Source of the DNA: Felis catus
Taxonomy: Eukaryota
Assembly: GCF_018350175.1 (NCBI RefSeq)
Contig: NC_058368.1
Span: 31,126,001-31,190,000, forward strand
Direction of reading: 5' to 3'
Length of the DNA stretch: 64,000 nucleotides
Positions 11,898-25,926 of this stretch are shown here, piece after piece; positions within the stretch are counted from its first letter, which is position 1; each line of letters starts with the position of its first letter. Made by a program: the position numbers and the translations under genes. The notes under the pieces are model-generated. The model did not search any database. It had not been told where the DNA came from and saw only the letters and a program-made list of their open reading frames with translations.

Positions 11898-13097
11898 TGT
11901 ATTAGTACTTTGTATTTGTAATGTAAATACCCAGTAGTATGATTCCTGAGTCATAGCGTAGTTCTGTTTTTATATTTTGAGGAATGACCAAAGTGTTTTT
12001 CACACTTGCTGCACCCAATTGCACTCCCACCAACCAGGCAATACTTGTTTCTTGTGTTTTTGATTTTAGCCATTCTGACAGGTGTGAAGTGCTATCTCAT
12101 TGTAGTTTTGATTTGCATTTCCCTGAGAATGAGTGATGCTGCACATCTTTCCATGCATCTGTTGGCCATATGTATGTCATCTTTGTAGAAATGTCTGTTC
12201 ATGTTTTATTTAGATTAATTACATTATTTTAATTAGGTTTTTGATTTCGGGGTATTGAGTTGTATCAGTTCTTATATATTTTCAATACTAACACTTTATT
12301 GGATATGTTGTTTGCAAATATCTTCTCCTACTCATTAGGGTGACTTTTAATTTTGTTGATTATTTCCTTAACTGTGCAGACGCTGTTTGTTTTGACATAG
12401 TCCCAATAGTTTATTTTTGCTTTTATTTCCCTTGCCTTAGGAGACATATCCAAAAATTGTTGCTCCAAACAATGTCAGAAAAATTACTTCCTGTGCTCTC
12501 TTCAAGCATTTTTATGGTTTCAGGTCTCCCATATAGGTCTTTAATCCATTTTGATCTTATTATGTGTATGGTGAAAGAAAGTCCAGTTTCATTCGTTTAC
12601 ATGTGACTATCCAGTTTTCCCAATACCATTTATTGGAGATGGTCTTTTTTCCATTGTATATTCATTCCTACTTTGTCAAATATTAATTGATCATATAATT
12701 GTGGGTTTATTTCTGGGTTTTCCTTTCTATCCCATTGATCTGTGTCTATTTTCATGACATTGCCATACTGTTTTAATTGTTATGGCTTTGTAGCATAACT
12801 TGAAATCTGGAATTATGATGTCTCCAGTTTTGTTTTTCTTTTTCAAGATTGTTGTGGCTACACAGGTCTTTTGTGATTCCATACAAATTTTAGGATTGTT
12901 TGTTCTAATCCTGTGAAAAAAGGTGTTGGCATTTTTATAGTGATTGTATTACATCTGTAGATTTCTTTGAGTAGTATAGACATTTTAACAATATTTGTTC
13001 TTCCAATTCATGAGCGCGGATATCTTTCCATTTCTTTGTGTCATCTTGAATTTCTTTCACCAGTGTTTTGTATAGAATAAGTATTAACACTTACTTA

Positions 13098-13310
13098 AAA
13101 AAATTTTTTAACGTTTATTTATTTTTGAGACAAAGAGAGACAGAGCATGAACAGGGGAGGGTCAGAGAGAGGGAGGCACAGAATCTGAAACAGGCTCCAG
13201 GCTCTGAGCTGTCAGCACAGACCGCGACGCAGGGCTCGAACCCACAGACCGCGAGATCATGACCTGAGCCGAAGTCGGCCGCTTAACCGACTGAGCCACC
13301 CAGGCGCCCC
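13098..13310 (-). mobile_element. CAN-SINE (SINEC_Fc, CpG-rich, young) nested in L1
   Basis: Ends CTGAGCCACCCAGGCGCCCC; many CpGs retained. Confidence 0.97.
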
Positions 13311-16300
13311 ATCACACTTCTTTAGATGTTTGATAGATTCACCTGTGAAGCTGTCTGATCCTGGACTTTTGTATTTTGGGATTTTTTGGTTACAGATTCA
13401 AGTTTATTGCTGGTAATTGATGTGTTAAAATTCTCTGTTTCTGCCTGCTAGTTTTGGTAAGTAATATTTTTCTAGGAATTTCTCACTTTTTTCTAAGTTG
13501 GCTAATTTGTTGGCATATAGGTTTTCATACTATTGTTACAATTGTTTGTATTTCTGTGCTGTTGGTTGTTATCCTTTTTCATTAGTGATTTTGTTTATTT
13601 GGGTTCTCTCTTTTTCTCTTTCTCTAATGAATATGGCTAAAAGTTTATCAATTTTGTTGATCTTTTCAAAGAACCAGCTCCTCATTTTATTGATCTGTTC
13701 TATTGGTTTTTTGTGTTTTTTTTAGTTTCTATATCATGTATTTCTTCTCTAATATTTATTTTTCTGCCTTTTGCTGGGGTTGGGTTTGTTTGTTCTTTTT
13801 CTAGCTCCTTTGTTTAGGTGTTTATTTGAGATTTTTTTTCTCTTCTTGATATAGGCCTGTATTACTATAACCTTTCCCCTTAGAACCACTTTTGCTATAT
13901 ACCCTAAATTTTGGATCATTCATTTTAATTTATTTCCATGTAATTTTTTAAATTTCTTCTTTGATTTCTTGGTTGATTCATTCATTCTTTAGTAGCATGT
14001 TGTTTAGCCTCCATATATTTGTGGTCTTTTCAGCTTTTTTTCATGTGGTTGATTTCTAGTTTCATAGTATTGTGGTCAGAAGATGCATGGTGTGACTTTG
14101 ATTTTTTGAATTTGTCGAGACTGACTTTGTCAGCTAATATGTGATCTATTCTGGAGAGTGTCCCGTGTACACATGAAGAGAATGTGTATTCTGTTTTAGG
14201 ATGGAATGTTCTGACTATGTCTGTTAAGTCCATCTGGCCCAGGGTGTTATTCAAAGCACTCTTTTCTTATTTATCTTCTGTTTGGATGATCCATCCATCA
14301 AAGAGGGCTATTACAGTCCCCTATTCTTATTGTATTACTATCAGTTATTTATGTTTTTTTATTAACCGTTTTCTGTATTTGGGTGTTCCACATTAGTTGC
14401 ATAAGTATTTACAATTGTTATACCCTCTTGTTGGATTGTCCCTTTTTTTAATTATTATTTAGTGTCCTTCTTTGTCTTTTCTTACAGTCTTTGTTTTAAG
14501 TTTATTTTTTCCCATATAAGTATAGCCATTCTGACTTGGGTTTCGAGGGTTTTTTTTTTGACACTCATTTGCATAATAAATATGTCTCCGTCCTCTTACT
14601 TGCAATCTGTAGGTGTCTTTCAGCCTGAAATGAGACTCTTGTAGGTGGCATATAGATGGGTCTTGTTTTTTTATCCAACTGTCACCCTATATGTCTTTTG
14701 CTTGGTATGTTTAGTCCATTTACATTCAAAGTAGTTATTGGTAAGTATTTATTTTTTGCCATTTTGTCACTTGTTTTATGGTTGTTTTGTAGTGCTTTTT
14801 TTTCTGATTCTTTTCTTGTTCTCATTCATGGTTTGTTGGCTTTCTATAATGATACATTTGGACTCTTTTCTCTTTATTCTTTGCATATCTATTATTTGCT
14901 TTTGACTGTGGTTACCATTAGGTTTGTATAGAATATCTTCTGCATATAGCAGTCAATAATAAGTTGATGGGTGCTTAAGTTTGAACCCATTTTTTATTCT
15001 CTCTCTTGCCATGTTTTAGATATATAGTATTGTATTTTACATCCTTTTATTTTATGAACCCCTTGGCTGATTTTTGCATAAACATTTCTATTTACTGCTT
15101 TTGTGTTTTTTACTTTTCATCTTATCACTTATGGTCTTTCCCTTCCCCTCAAAGAGTTCCCTTTAAGATTTCTTTTAGGACTGGTTTAGAGGTCAAGAAT
15201 TCCTTTTGTTTTGTTTTGGTTTTTGCTTTTTTGGTATGAGAAAGTCTTTGTCTCTCCTTCTATTCTGAATGATAGCCTTGCTGGATAGAGTATTCTTAGC
15301 TGCTGATGTTTCCCATTCAGCACTTTGGATATATCACGCCAGTCCTTTCTGGCTTGGAAAGTTTCTGCTGAAATATCTGTGGATAGCCTTATGGGGTTTC
15401 CCTTTTATGTAACTGTCTTCTTTTCTCTTCCTACTTTAAATTTCTTTCTTTATTGCTCTCTTTTGCTATTTTAATTACTGTGTGTCTTGATATGGACCTC
15501 CTTGTATTGAATTTTTGTGGGGGATTTCTGTGTCTCCTGTATCTAGACATCTGTTTCCTTCCCTAGATTTGAGAAATTTTAGCTATTGTTTCTCCAAATA
15601 AATGTTCTTCCCCCTTTCTTTCTCGGTTTTTTTTTTTTTGAGATCCCTATAATGGAATAATATTTCAGTTGATGGAGTCACTAAGTTCCGTAAAACTATT
15701 CTCAGCTTGCATGATTTCCATTCCTTTCCTTGGCTCAGGTTCGTTATTTTCCATTACCTTCTAGATTATTCATACCTCTAAGTTTGCTTCATTAGCCTAT
15801 TTTTCCCATCAAGTGTATTTTAAATTTCATTTATTGTGTTCTTTTCTCTGACTGGTTCTTTTTTATCTTTATCTTTTTTATCTTTGTGTTATCTTTTTTA
15901 TCTTTGTGATGTCCTCCACTCTTTTTTTTTTAAGTTAAGTGAGTTTCTTTATGATATTTCTTTAAATTCTCTATCAAGTGTATTAGTTATATCTGTTGTG
16001 CTTAGGTCTCTTGCTGTGGTTTTGTCATGTTCTTTCATTTGGGAAATATGTATCTGTGTACTCATTTTGTCTGACTTTCTGTATCTGTTTCTGTGTGTTA
16101 GGAAGGTCAGCTGCTTCTTATGCTCTTAAGGATAATAGCCTAATGAGGAAGAGGTCCTGTTGTGGCCTGCAGTGCAGTGTCACCTGTTCCCCAGAGCCTG
16201 GAGCTTCAGGGAGTGTTTCCTATGTGTGTGGCATGTGCTCTGCTGTTGAGTCTTAGCCTCTTTTGCCTTCAATACAGTTGTGTGCATAAGCTCTCTTTGC

Positions 16301-16430
16301 CTATCACAGGCAGTGTTTGGTCCCCAGCAGAGATGGGATGCATTTTAACAAGATGTGTGGTGGTCTGCTTGTGAAATGAGACCTATCCCCACTGCTGCTG
16401 GAACTGAGGCTCTGCAAAATATGCAGATCA

Positions 16431-16666
16431 GGAGCGCCTGGGTGGCTCAGGTGGTTAAGCATCTGACTTCGGCTTAGGTCATGATTTCACAGCTCAGGAG
16501 TTTGAGGCGTGAGTTAAGCTCTGTGCTCAGAGACTGGAGCCTGCTTGGGATTCTGCGTCTCCCTCTCTCTCTCTGCCCCTCCGCCACTCATTCTCATTCT
16601 CTCATTCTCTCTCTCTCTCTCTCACTCTCTCTCTCTCTCAAAAATGAACGTCAAAAATTAAAAAAA
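16431..16666 (+). mobile_element. CAN-SINE nested in L1 5'UTR
   Basis: GGAGCGCCTGGGTGGCTCAG head; near-TSD AAAA(T/C)ATGCAG(A/G)TC at 16416-16429 and 16667-16680. Confidence 0.95.
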
Positions 16667-18295
16667 AAAACATGCAGGTCGGAAGATGTGATGTTGGCAG
16701 TGTTTCCACTGGTCTTGTGGGGGAGGGGCTCATAGCAAGGGGATAAGACAAGATTGAAACTGAAGGATGGATTTCTGGAAGCTGTGGGGTGTCAGGGGCA
16801 ATGCTTAGTGCAAGCATGTTAGGTTAAGAGTGTGGACAATGCTGGTTCCTGCAGATGGCCCTTGCTTATGTTGGGCAATAGGGAGGGAAACGGTGACTGC
16901 AAGCTCCTTTCTTCCTAGAGGGGTCTCCCTGTGATTCCTGTCACTGATTTGAGTAAATCACTCTCCCTCCTGTCTGCCCCTGTTTTTCAAATTGATGGTT
17001 CTAAGCTGTATCTGCATGGGTTGTTTGTCCTGATCTCTCTAAGAGTGCAAGGATTCTGCTTCCTAATGCCCTTCAGGCTCTCCCAGAGCCAATCATGCTG
17101 ATTTTTAAATTCCAGGCTTTAAGTCCCACCAGTTATAAGAACTCATGAAATTCAGCCCCTCTTGCTTTCAAAGGCAAGTGTTATGGGGATTTGTCCTCCC
17201 TATTACTGGGGTCCTCAATGTGAAAGTCTGTTTTCACCCTTTTCTGTGCCACTGGCTCCCTCCCCACTGTGTACAGATAGGGTCTGTTTCATTCCCAGAC
17301 TGCATCTTTGCACTTCCTACCTTTTTCAATTGGCTTTTTCTCTCCCTTTAGTTCTGGAGTTTGTTCTGCCAGTCTTCATTAATTTTCTGGGCTATTTATG
17401 TTGATGTGAGTGTTATCTAGTTGTATCCTTTGAATGATGTGAGCTTAGAGTCCTCCTACTCTGCCAACTTCCCAGCCAGCCTGTGTGTATTTAAAAACAA
17501 AAATATGCTGTAAGTCATGTTTCTAATCCTTAAAGTATAATAAAAATATTTTAGTAGATGATACGTAGCATTTTGACATAAAAAAATTCAACATATTATT
17601 GGAATATGTTAGTGGTGAGGCTGCTGTTTTGATTTGTACATTGATGAGTACTGGAAGAAAATTAAGGACAATATCTCATAATATTCACTTTGTGTCTTTT
17701 TTATTAACAAACATGTTTTCTAACAAGCATGGCATGGCATTACATTGTAGAAATGACTACATTCATTGATATAATACACAATAGCACATGTAGTAGTAAA
17801 GAAGAGTTCTGAATTCATTTAATTAACCGATGAGATATATTAGATGGACATTCAACATTCTGCTCAAAATAAAAATTAAACAGATTGATTATTCATTTAC
17901 ATATATTTGTAAAATATGTAGAGAAGAGAAAATCTTTGCCCTTGGTTATTCTATTCTGGAAATTGAGCCAAATTAACTAGTTTAAAATTTGTGATATTTC
18001 AATCTGGGTTACATTCATTTTTAAATTTTCATGAAAAAATGGCTTCTGCTACAAATTCTGTTTAAATTAGTTTGCTTAAGTTACCCAATACTTGTGTTTG
18101 GACATGTTAAACTCTTGTTCTCTTTCTCCAAATCTGTAGAAATGACTTACTACTTTTTGTTAAAAATAAAGTGACAAGCTATGTGTGGGTTGAGACTTTC
18201 TTCTGCTCCATTGATCCGTGTGTTTATCCTTAGACAAACACAACACTGTTTGATGCAGTTGCTTCACAGTAATCTTGAAATCATCCAACTCTGTC

Positions 18296-18298
<3 letters not shown>

Positions 18299-18340
<42 letters not shown>
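18299..18340. repeat. (TG)21 microsatellite at the L1 tail
   Basis: Direct reading. Confidence 0.98.
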
Positions 18341-18344
<4 letters not shown>

Positions 18345-18832
18345 AATACCAATATAATTAACATACAGTGATATAGTAGTTACAGGTGTACAATGTAGTG
18401 AATGAACAATTCTATACCTTACTCAGTGCTCATCACAATAAGTGTACTCTTAATCCCCTTTGCCTATTTAACCCATTCCCTCTACCCACCTCTCCTATGC
18501 TAACCATCAGTTTGTTCTCTATATTTAAGAGTCTGGGTTTTTTGTTTGTTTTTTTTCTTTTTCTTTTGTTTCTCAAACTCCACATATGAGTGAAATAATA
18601 TGGTATTTATTTTTCTCTGACTCACTTATTTCACTTACCAGTGTACCCTCTCGATCAATCCTTCCTGTTGCAAATGGCAATATTTCATTCTTTTTTATGC
18701 CTGAGTAATATTCCATTATATATATCCTCTTCTTTATCCATTTATCTTTGGATGGACTCTTGGGTTGCTTCCATAATTTGGCTATAAATCATGCTCCAAT
18801 AAACATAGGGATAAACATGTTTTTGAATTAGT

Positions 18833-19064
18833 TTTTTTTTTTTTAAAGTTTATTTATTTATTTTGAGAGAGAGTACACATGAGCAGGGGAGGGGCAGAGA
18901 GAGGGAGAGAGAGAGAATCCCAGACAGGCTCCACAGTGTCAGCGCTATCAGCGTGGAGCTTGATGCAGGGCTCAATGCAGGCTCCAACTCACAAACCATG
19001 AGATCATGACTTGAGCCAAAATTAAAAGTCAGAAGCTTAGCCAACTGAGCCACCCAGGCACCCC
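18833..19064 (-). mobile_element. CAN-SINE nested in L1 3' end
   Basis: TSD begins TGAATTAGT (18824 and 19065); contains short internal duplications. Confidence 0.95.
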
Positions 19065-19136
19065 TGAATTAGTGTTTTCTTATTCATTGGGTAAATACCC
19101 AGTAGTGTGATTCCTGGATCATAAGGTAATTCTATT

Positions 19137-19326
19137 AATTTTTAAAAATATTTATTTATTTTTGAGGGGGGGTAGGGGTAGAGAGAGAGAGACACAGAAT
19201 CTGAAGCAGGCTCCAGGCGCTGAGCTGTCCACACAGAGCCCAACGCAGGGCTTGAACTCACAAACCATGAGATTATGACCTGAGCCGAAGTCAGTCACTC
19301 AACTGAATGAGCCACCCAGGTGCCCC
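19137..19326 (-). mobile_element. CAN-SINE nested in L1
   Basis: Perfect 14-bp TSD AAGGTAATTCTATT (19123-19136, 19327-19340). Confidence 0.97.
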
Positions 19327-22300
19327 AAGGTAATTCTATTCTTACTTTTTGAGAAACATGCATACTGTTTTCCACAGTAGCTGCACCTGCTTGCATCCCA
19401 CCTGTGGTACAATACTTGTTTTTCTTGTGTTTTTTGTTTTAGCCATTCTTACCCATGTGAGATGTTATCTCATTGTGGTTTTGTTTTCATTCCCTTGATG
19501 ATTAGTGATATTCAGCATGTTTTCACGTGTCTGTTGGCCATATGTATGATTTATTCGGAGAAATGTCTCTTCATATTTCTGACCATTTTGTTTTGTCTTC
19601 TGCCAATTTTTGATTAGATTTTTTGTGGTGTTCAGTTGTATAATTCTTACATATTGTTCAGTTATATAATTCTTTTTCAGTTGTATAATCTTTATATAAT
19701 TCTTATATATTTTTATACCTATTATTGAATATATCATTTACAAATATCTTCTCCCATTTATTATGTTGCCTCTTACTTTTATTGATTGTTTGTATGGAAG
19801 CTTTTTATTTTGTTGTAGTCCCAGTAGTCTATTTTTGCTTTTGTTTATTTTGTCTCAGGAAACATATATGTTGCTATGGCCAATGTCAGGGAGATTACTG
19901 CCTATGATCTCTTTTTAAACATTTATGGTTTCAGGTGTGACATTTAGGATTTTAATCTATTTTTGAGTTTATTTTTATATATGGTGTAAGAAAATGGTGC
20001 ATTTTCATTCTTTTGCATGTAGTTGTCCATTTTTCCCAGCACGATGTGTTGAAGAGACACTCTTTTTGCCATTGCATACTCTTGCCTCTTTAGTAATAGA
20101 CTAATTGACCACACAATCATGGATTTCTTTCTGGATTCTTCATTATGTTGATCTATTTTTCTATTTTTGTGCCAGTACCATACTGTTTTGATACTACCAC
20201 TTTGTAGTATATCTTGAAATCTAGCATTGTCATACCTCCAGTTGCTCTTCTTTTTAAGATTGTTTTGACTTTGGGAGTCTTTTGTGGTTGCATACAAATT
20301 TATGGTTATTTGTTCCAGTTCTGGGAAAAATGCTGTTGGTATTTTGATTGGGATTTCATTAAATCTGTAGATTGCTTTGGGGTAGTATGGACATTTGAAT
20401 AATATTTTTCTCCCAATCCATGAGCATGGAATATCTTTCCAATTTATTGTGTCATATTTAATTTCTGTCCTAAATGTTAAATGGTTTGCAGAATACAGGA
20501 CTTTTAATCCTTGGCTAAGGTTATCCCTAAGTATTTTATTATTTTTGGTGAAATTGTAAATGGAACACTTTTATTAATTTCTCATTCTGCTACTTCTTGA
20601 TTAGTGTATAGAAATCCAATGGATTTCTATGTATTGATTTTGTATTCTGTGATCTTTCTAAGCTCATTTATTAGTTCTAGTAGTTTTTAGGTGAAGTCCT
20701 TAGGATTTTCTATATTTAATAATATTTCATCTGCAAATAGTGACAGCTTGACTTCTTCCTTACCCATGTGGATGCTTTTTGTTGCTTTTCTTGTTTGATT
20801 GCTGTGACTAGGACTTCCAGTACTATGATGAACTAGAGTGATGAGAGTGGACATTCTTGTCTTGTTCCTGATCTTAGAGGAAGAGCTCTCAGTTTTTCAC
20901 CATTATGTATGTTAACTATGGTTTTTCATATGACCTTTAGTATGTTGAGGCATGTCCCCTCTAAGTCTACTTTGTTGAGCTTTTTTTTTTTCTTATCATG
21001 AATGGATGTACTTTGTCAAATTTTTTTCCTGAATCTATTGAAGTGATCACATAGGTTTTATCCTTTCTCTTATTGATGTGATGTATCATGTTGATTGATT
21101 TGTGAATATTGAACCCTTGGATCCCAGGAATAAATCACACTTGATTGTGGTGAATGGCTTTTTAAATGTATGGTTGGGTTCAGTTGGCTATATTTTCTAG
21201 GATTTTTGCATCTGTATTCATCAGAGATAACAGCATGTAATTCTCACTTTTTGTAATCTTTTTATCTGGTTTTGGTATCAGGGTAAATCTGGCCTCATAC
21301 AATGAATTTGGAAGCTTTCCTTCCTCTTCTAATGTTTTGAATAATTTGAGAAAAATATTTAAATATATGGTAAAATTCACCTGTGACTCCATCTATCCCT
21401 GGACTTTTGTTTCTTGAGAGTTTTTTGATTACTGATTCAGTTTTATTGCTGGTGATTATTCTGTTCAAGTTTTTTCATGTCTTCCAGATAAAGAGAAGAG
21501 TTATATGTTTCTGGGAATTTCTCCATTTCTTCTAGATTTTCCAGTTTGTTAGCATATAATTTTTCATAATATTGTATTATAATCCTTTGTATTTCTGTGA
21601 TGTCATTTTATTTCTCCTCTTTTATTTCTCATTTGTTTATTTGAGCTCTGTCTTTTCTTTTTCTTTTTGGATGTTTTGATGAGTCTGGCTAAAGTTTTAT
21701 CAGTTTTCTTTATCCTTTCAAAGAACTAGCTTCAGATTTCATCGATCTGCTCTATTACTTTCATAGTTTCTATTTCATTTATCTTTACTCTAAGTGTTAT
21801 TATTTAATTCCTTCTACTGGTTTTGTTTGTTCTTTTTCTAGCTCCTTTAGGTGTAAGGTTTTGTTATTTATTTGAGTTTTTGTTTTGTTTTGTTTGCTTG
21901 TTCAAGTAGGTCTTTATTGCTATAAACTTCCCTTTTAGAACAGCTTTGCTTTCATTCCAAAGATGGATTGTTCTATTTTCCCTTTCATTTGTCTCTATGT
22001 ATTTTTTTTTTTAATTTTCTCTTTCATTTCTTGTTTGAACCATTCATTGTTCAGTAGCATGTTATATAAAATTCATATATTTGTGTTCTTTCCAGTTTTT
22101 TTCTTGTGATTGATTTCTAGTTTATAGCATTTTGGTTGCAAAAGATGCATGGTGTGACCTTAATATTTTTAATTTGTTGAGACTTGTTTTGTGCCTTAAC
22201 ATGTGATCCATTCTGGAAAATATCCCATGTGCACTTGAAAAGAAAGTGTGTTCTGCTCTTTTAAGATGGAATGTTGTGAATATATCTGTGAGAACTATCT

Positions 22301-25300
22301 GGTCCATTGCATCATTCAAAGCCACAATTTCCTTGTTTATCTTCTATTAAGTGATCTATCCATTGATGTAAGTGGGATGTTAAAGTCCCCTACTATTTTT
22401 GTGTTACTATCAATTACTTTCTTCATGTTTGTGACTGCTTCTTTATGTATTTAGGTGCTCTAACATTAGGGGCATAAGTTTTTTACAGTTGTTATATCTT
22501 CTTTTCAGATTGTTCCCTTTATGATGATACAGAATCCTTCTTTGTCTCTTGTTCCAGTCTTTGTTTTAGTATATTTTGTCCAATGTAAGTATTGCCATCC
22601 CAGCTTTCTTTTCACTTCTTTTTGCATGATAAATCCTTTTCCATCCATTCACTTTGAATCTGCACATGTCTTTAGGTCTGATATAATTTTCCTGTAGTCA
22701 GCATATATATAGATTGGTCTTGCATTTTTATCCATTCCATTAGCCTGTGTCTTTTGATTGGAGCCATTTATAGTCAAAGTAATTATTGATAGGTACGTAC
22801 TTACTGCCATTTTGTTACTTGTTTTGTTATGTTTTTGTAGTTCCTCTCTGATCCTTTCTTTTCTTTCTCTCTTCTCTCATGGTTTTATGGCTTTATTTAG
22901 TGATATACTTGGATTCCTTTATCTTTATTTTTTTGCATATCTATTACTTGTTTTTGATTTGTGGTTACCATTTGATTTATATATAACATCTTAGGCATAT
23001 AGCAGCTTATAATAAGTTGATGGTCACATAAGGTTTAACCCATTCTAAAAGAACTAAAATTACATTCCTCTCCCTCTAGAAGCACTAATTTTTTTTTCTG
23101 CTCTACAGTTTAGATATATGGTTTCATACTTTTCATCCTTTTATTCTGCAAATCTCTTGACTGATTTTTATAAACATACTTAAATTTACTGCTTTTGTAC
23201 TTCCTACTTTTGTTATTTTTGTTTATGGTCTTTTCTTTCCACTCACAGGATCCCCTTTAAGGTTCTTTGTAAGGCTGGTTTAGTGGTGATGAACCCTTTA
23301 ACTTTTGTTTGTCTGGGAAACTCTTTGTGTCTCTTTCTATTCTGAATGATAGACTTGCTGGATAGAGTATTCTTTGTTGCACATTTTACTTTTTTACCTT
23401 TCAGCACTTTGAATATATCATGTCACTTCTTTCTAGCCTGCAAATAAATTTTCTGCTGGAAAATAAACTGATAGTCTTATGGCGTTTCCCTTGTATGTAG
23501 CTGTTTTCTTTTCCCTTGCTGCTTTTAAAATTCCCTCTTTATCACTACTTTTTGCCATTTCCATTAGTATTTGTCTTGGTGTGGACCTCCTTGGGTTGAT
23601 TTTGTAAGGGGCTCTCTGTGCCTTCTGGACCTGAATTGCTGTTTCCTTCACAACTGATGAAGTATGCAGCTTTTATTTCTTTAAATACAATTTCTGCCCC
23701 TTTTCTCTCTCTTCTCCTTCTGGAATCCCTATTATACAAATGTTGTTATTCTTGATAGTGTCACTGAGTTCCCTTAATCTATTCTAATTTTTTCGTATTC
23801 TTTTTCTTTTTCTTGGTCAGCTTGAGTGTTTGCCATTACTCTGTCCTCCAGGTTACTGCGTTGTTCTTCTTCCTCTAGTCTGCTGTTTATTCTCTTTAGT
23901 GTATTTTTAATTTTAGTTATTAAGTCCTTCATCTCTCATCAGTTCTTTTTTGTTTTCTATCTCTTTGTTGAGGGTCTTCCTGAGGTCCTCCACTGTTTTC
24001 TCAAGGCCATTGAGTATCTTTATGACCATTACTTTAAATTCTCCAGTAGGCATATTATTTACATCTGCTTTGTTTAACTCTCTTGCTGTAATATTGTCCT
24101 GTTTTTTCATTTGGGATACATTCCCTTGTATCTTCATTTTGTCTAACTCTCTGCTTCTATTTCTATGTATTAGAAAAGTCACCTACAAGTAGTGGCTTTA
24201 TGAAGAAGAGTTCCTATAGTTCCCTGCAGTACAATGTCCCTTATTCATCAGAACCTGGTGCTTCAGTGTAATCTCCTATGTGTGTTGCATTCACCCACTA
24301 TTATGTCTAAGCCACTTTTGCCTTCAGTCCTGTCATCTGCATTGGCTGTCTTGGCCTATTTTGGACAGGGTTTTGTCCCTCTGTGGTTAGTATGCCAGGT
24401 TGGGGCAGCCTTGGGCTTGAGTTGAATCAGCCCATGCATTTACTAGAATTTCAGTAGCACTGAACTGCTGGATACTCTCCCTATGTTGTACTCTGAGAAC
24501 TTTTGCTTGGTGGTTAGGTATCCTGCAGCCAGACCAATTTTCCCCAGTCCACTGCTGCAGTCAGAATGGGACTGGTGTGTGTGGTTATCTTCTCATCTCC
24601 CTGGAATAGGATTTACTTGGGAGTGGTGTTGGCCCTTGTCAAGTTTGCTTGCACACTTCCAAGCATGTGGCCTTGCTTTGGAATGACTCCTTCCATGGGT
24701 ATGTCAGAGGGTGTGTCCACAAGAGAACAGGAAGGTTGGGTGCACAGTGCCTGCAAGATCCTCACTGGTCTGTTATGGAATGGAATCTATAGTTGTCTAC
24801 ATAGTAAACTCCTGGCAAGGATGTCCAGGTTTTAGGGAGAAAATACGTTTGTGTGGGCAGGGTACTCTCTTGGCAAGTTAGGTGGAGAGTTTTGGCACTA
24901 CACTGGTTCCCTCAGGTGTCTCTGCATCTAGGCCAGGGGGCGGGGAAGGGAAATGGTATCCACCAGCTCCTTTGTTGGTGTCAGTGATCCCTGCCCCTCC
25001 AGTACATGCTCTGAGATTATTCAATAAATCTTGTATACTCCAGGCATTTTCAAACTGCTGCTTCTGTGCTGTCTCTCATGGGGCTGGTTCTTATGCTGTC
25101 TCTTTAAGGGCTGGGACTCAGTTTCTTTTTGCCCTCCAGCTCTCCCAGAGTGGAACCCACTGATTTTTAAAGTTCTGAGTGTTAAGCGACATTGCTTATA
25201 AAAACTCATGAAATTAAGCCCCTCTGGGGGTTAATCTTCTAAGTGTGTGGCCCTTGTGCCTGGAGTGCCCATTGTGGGGTTTGCTTGTCTCCCTTCTCCA

Positions 25301-25551
25301 TGTTTGCAGTGGCCCTCCCTCACATGGACATTCTCTTGAGTCAGTTTGGTTCCCAATCATGTCTCCGCCCTTCACACCATTTCCCATATGGCCTCTTTTC
25401 TATGTTTAGAGTGTCTGTTCTGCTAGTCTTCATTTCATTTTCTGGTTTATTTACACTGATGTGGATGTTATCTATTTATACCCATGTGATGAGATGAGCC
25501 CAGGATCTTCCTACTCTGCCATCTTCCCCCAAAGGTCTGTGTCTTAGTATT

Positions 25552-25788
25552 TTTTATTTTTTTAAATATTTTTAAAGCTTATTTATTTATTTATTTATTT
25601 ATTTGTTTATTTATTTAGAGCATGAGCAGGAGAGGGGCAGAGAGAGAGAGGAGACAGAGAATCCCAAGCAGGTTCCATGCTGTCAGTGCAGAGCCTGATG
25701 TGGGGGTTGAACTCACAAAATGCAAAATCATGACCTGAGCCAAAGTGAAGAGTCAGATACTTAACTGACTGAGCCACCCGGGCTCCCC
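25552..25788 (-). mobile_element. CAN-SINE with (TTTA)n tail
   Basis: Ends CTGAGCCACCCGGGCTCCCC; sits immediately beside the L1 5' end. Confidence 0.95.
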
Positions 25789-25926
25789 TCTGTCTTTGTT
25801 TTTAAATGTCAAGACAGATTCTCTAGATCCTTTGTATCTCCATATTAATATTAGGATGAGTTTACTAATTTTCATTTGGTTGTGATTACATTGAATATGT
25901 ACACAATTTAGGGAGAATACATATTA

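Larger units (their letters stand above)
11021..17480 (-). mobile_element. Near-full-length carnivore L1, decayed (5'UTR, ORF1, ORF2 with internal deletion, 3'UTR)
   Basis: EN-domain peptide at 14030-14254 (QMDLTDIVRTFHPK..SRIDHIL..SDHNTMKLEI); 5' end GGAAGTTGGCAGAGTAGGAGGAC near 17473; candidate TSD TGTGTGTAT on both sides; roughly 0.9 kb of ORF2 missing near 13075 relative to the neighbouring copy. Confidence 0.93.
18341..25535 (-). mobile_element. Near-full-length carnivore L1, decayed (~7.2 kb including nested SINEs)
   Basis: ORF1 peptide (QVQKAQRAPYKINPRRSTPR..ILKAAREK, 23433-23651); ORF2 peptides (22122-22325 EN; 21180-21392 [18 protein letters not shown]; 19944-20297 KTVWYWHKNR); 5' end GGAAGATGGCAGAGTAGGAAGA near 25527. 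Confidence 0.95.

Noticed and set aside
11021..25535. Adjacent L1s as a recent tandem/segmental duplication
   Set aside because: Different flanks, differing 5'UTR interiors and substantial divergence; only an old relationship or partial conversion remains possible
18341..25535. Potentially active L1
   Set aside because: ORF1 and ORF2 are broken into short fragments by stops and frameshifts
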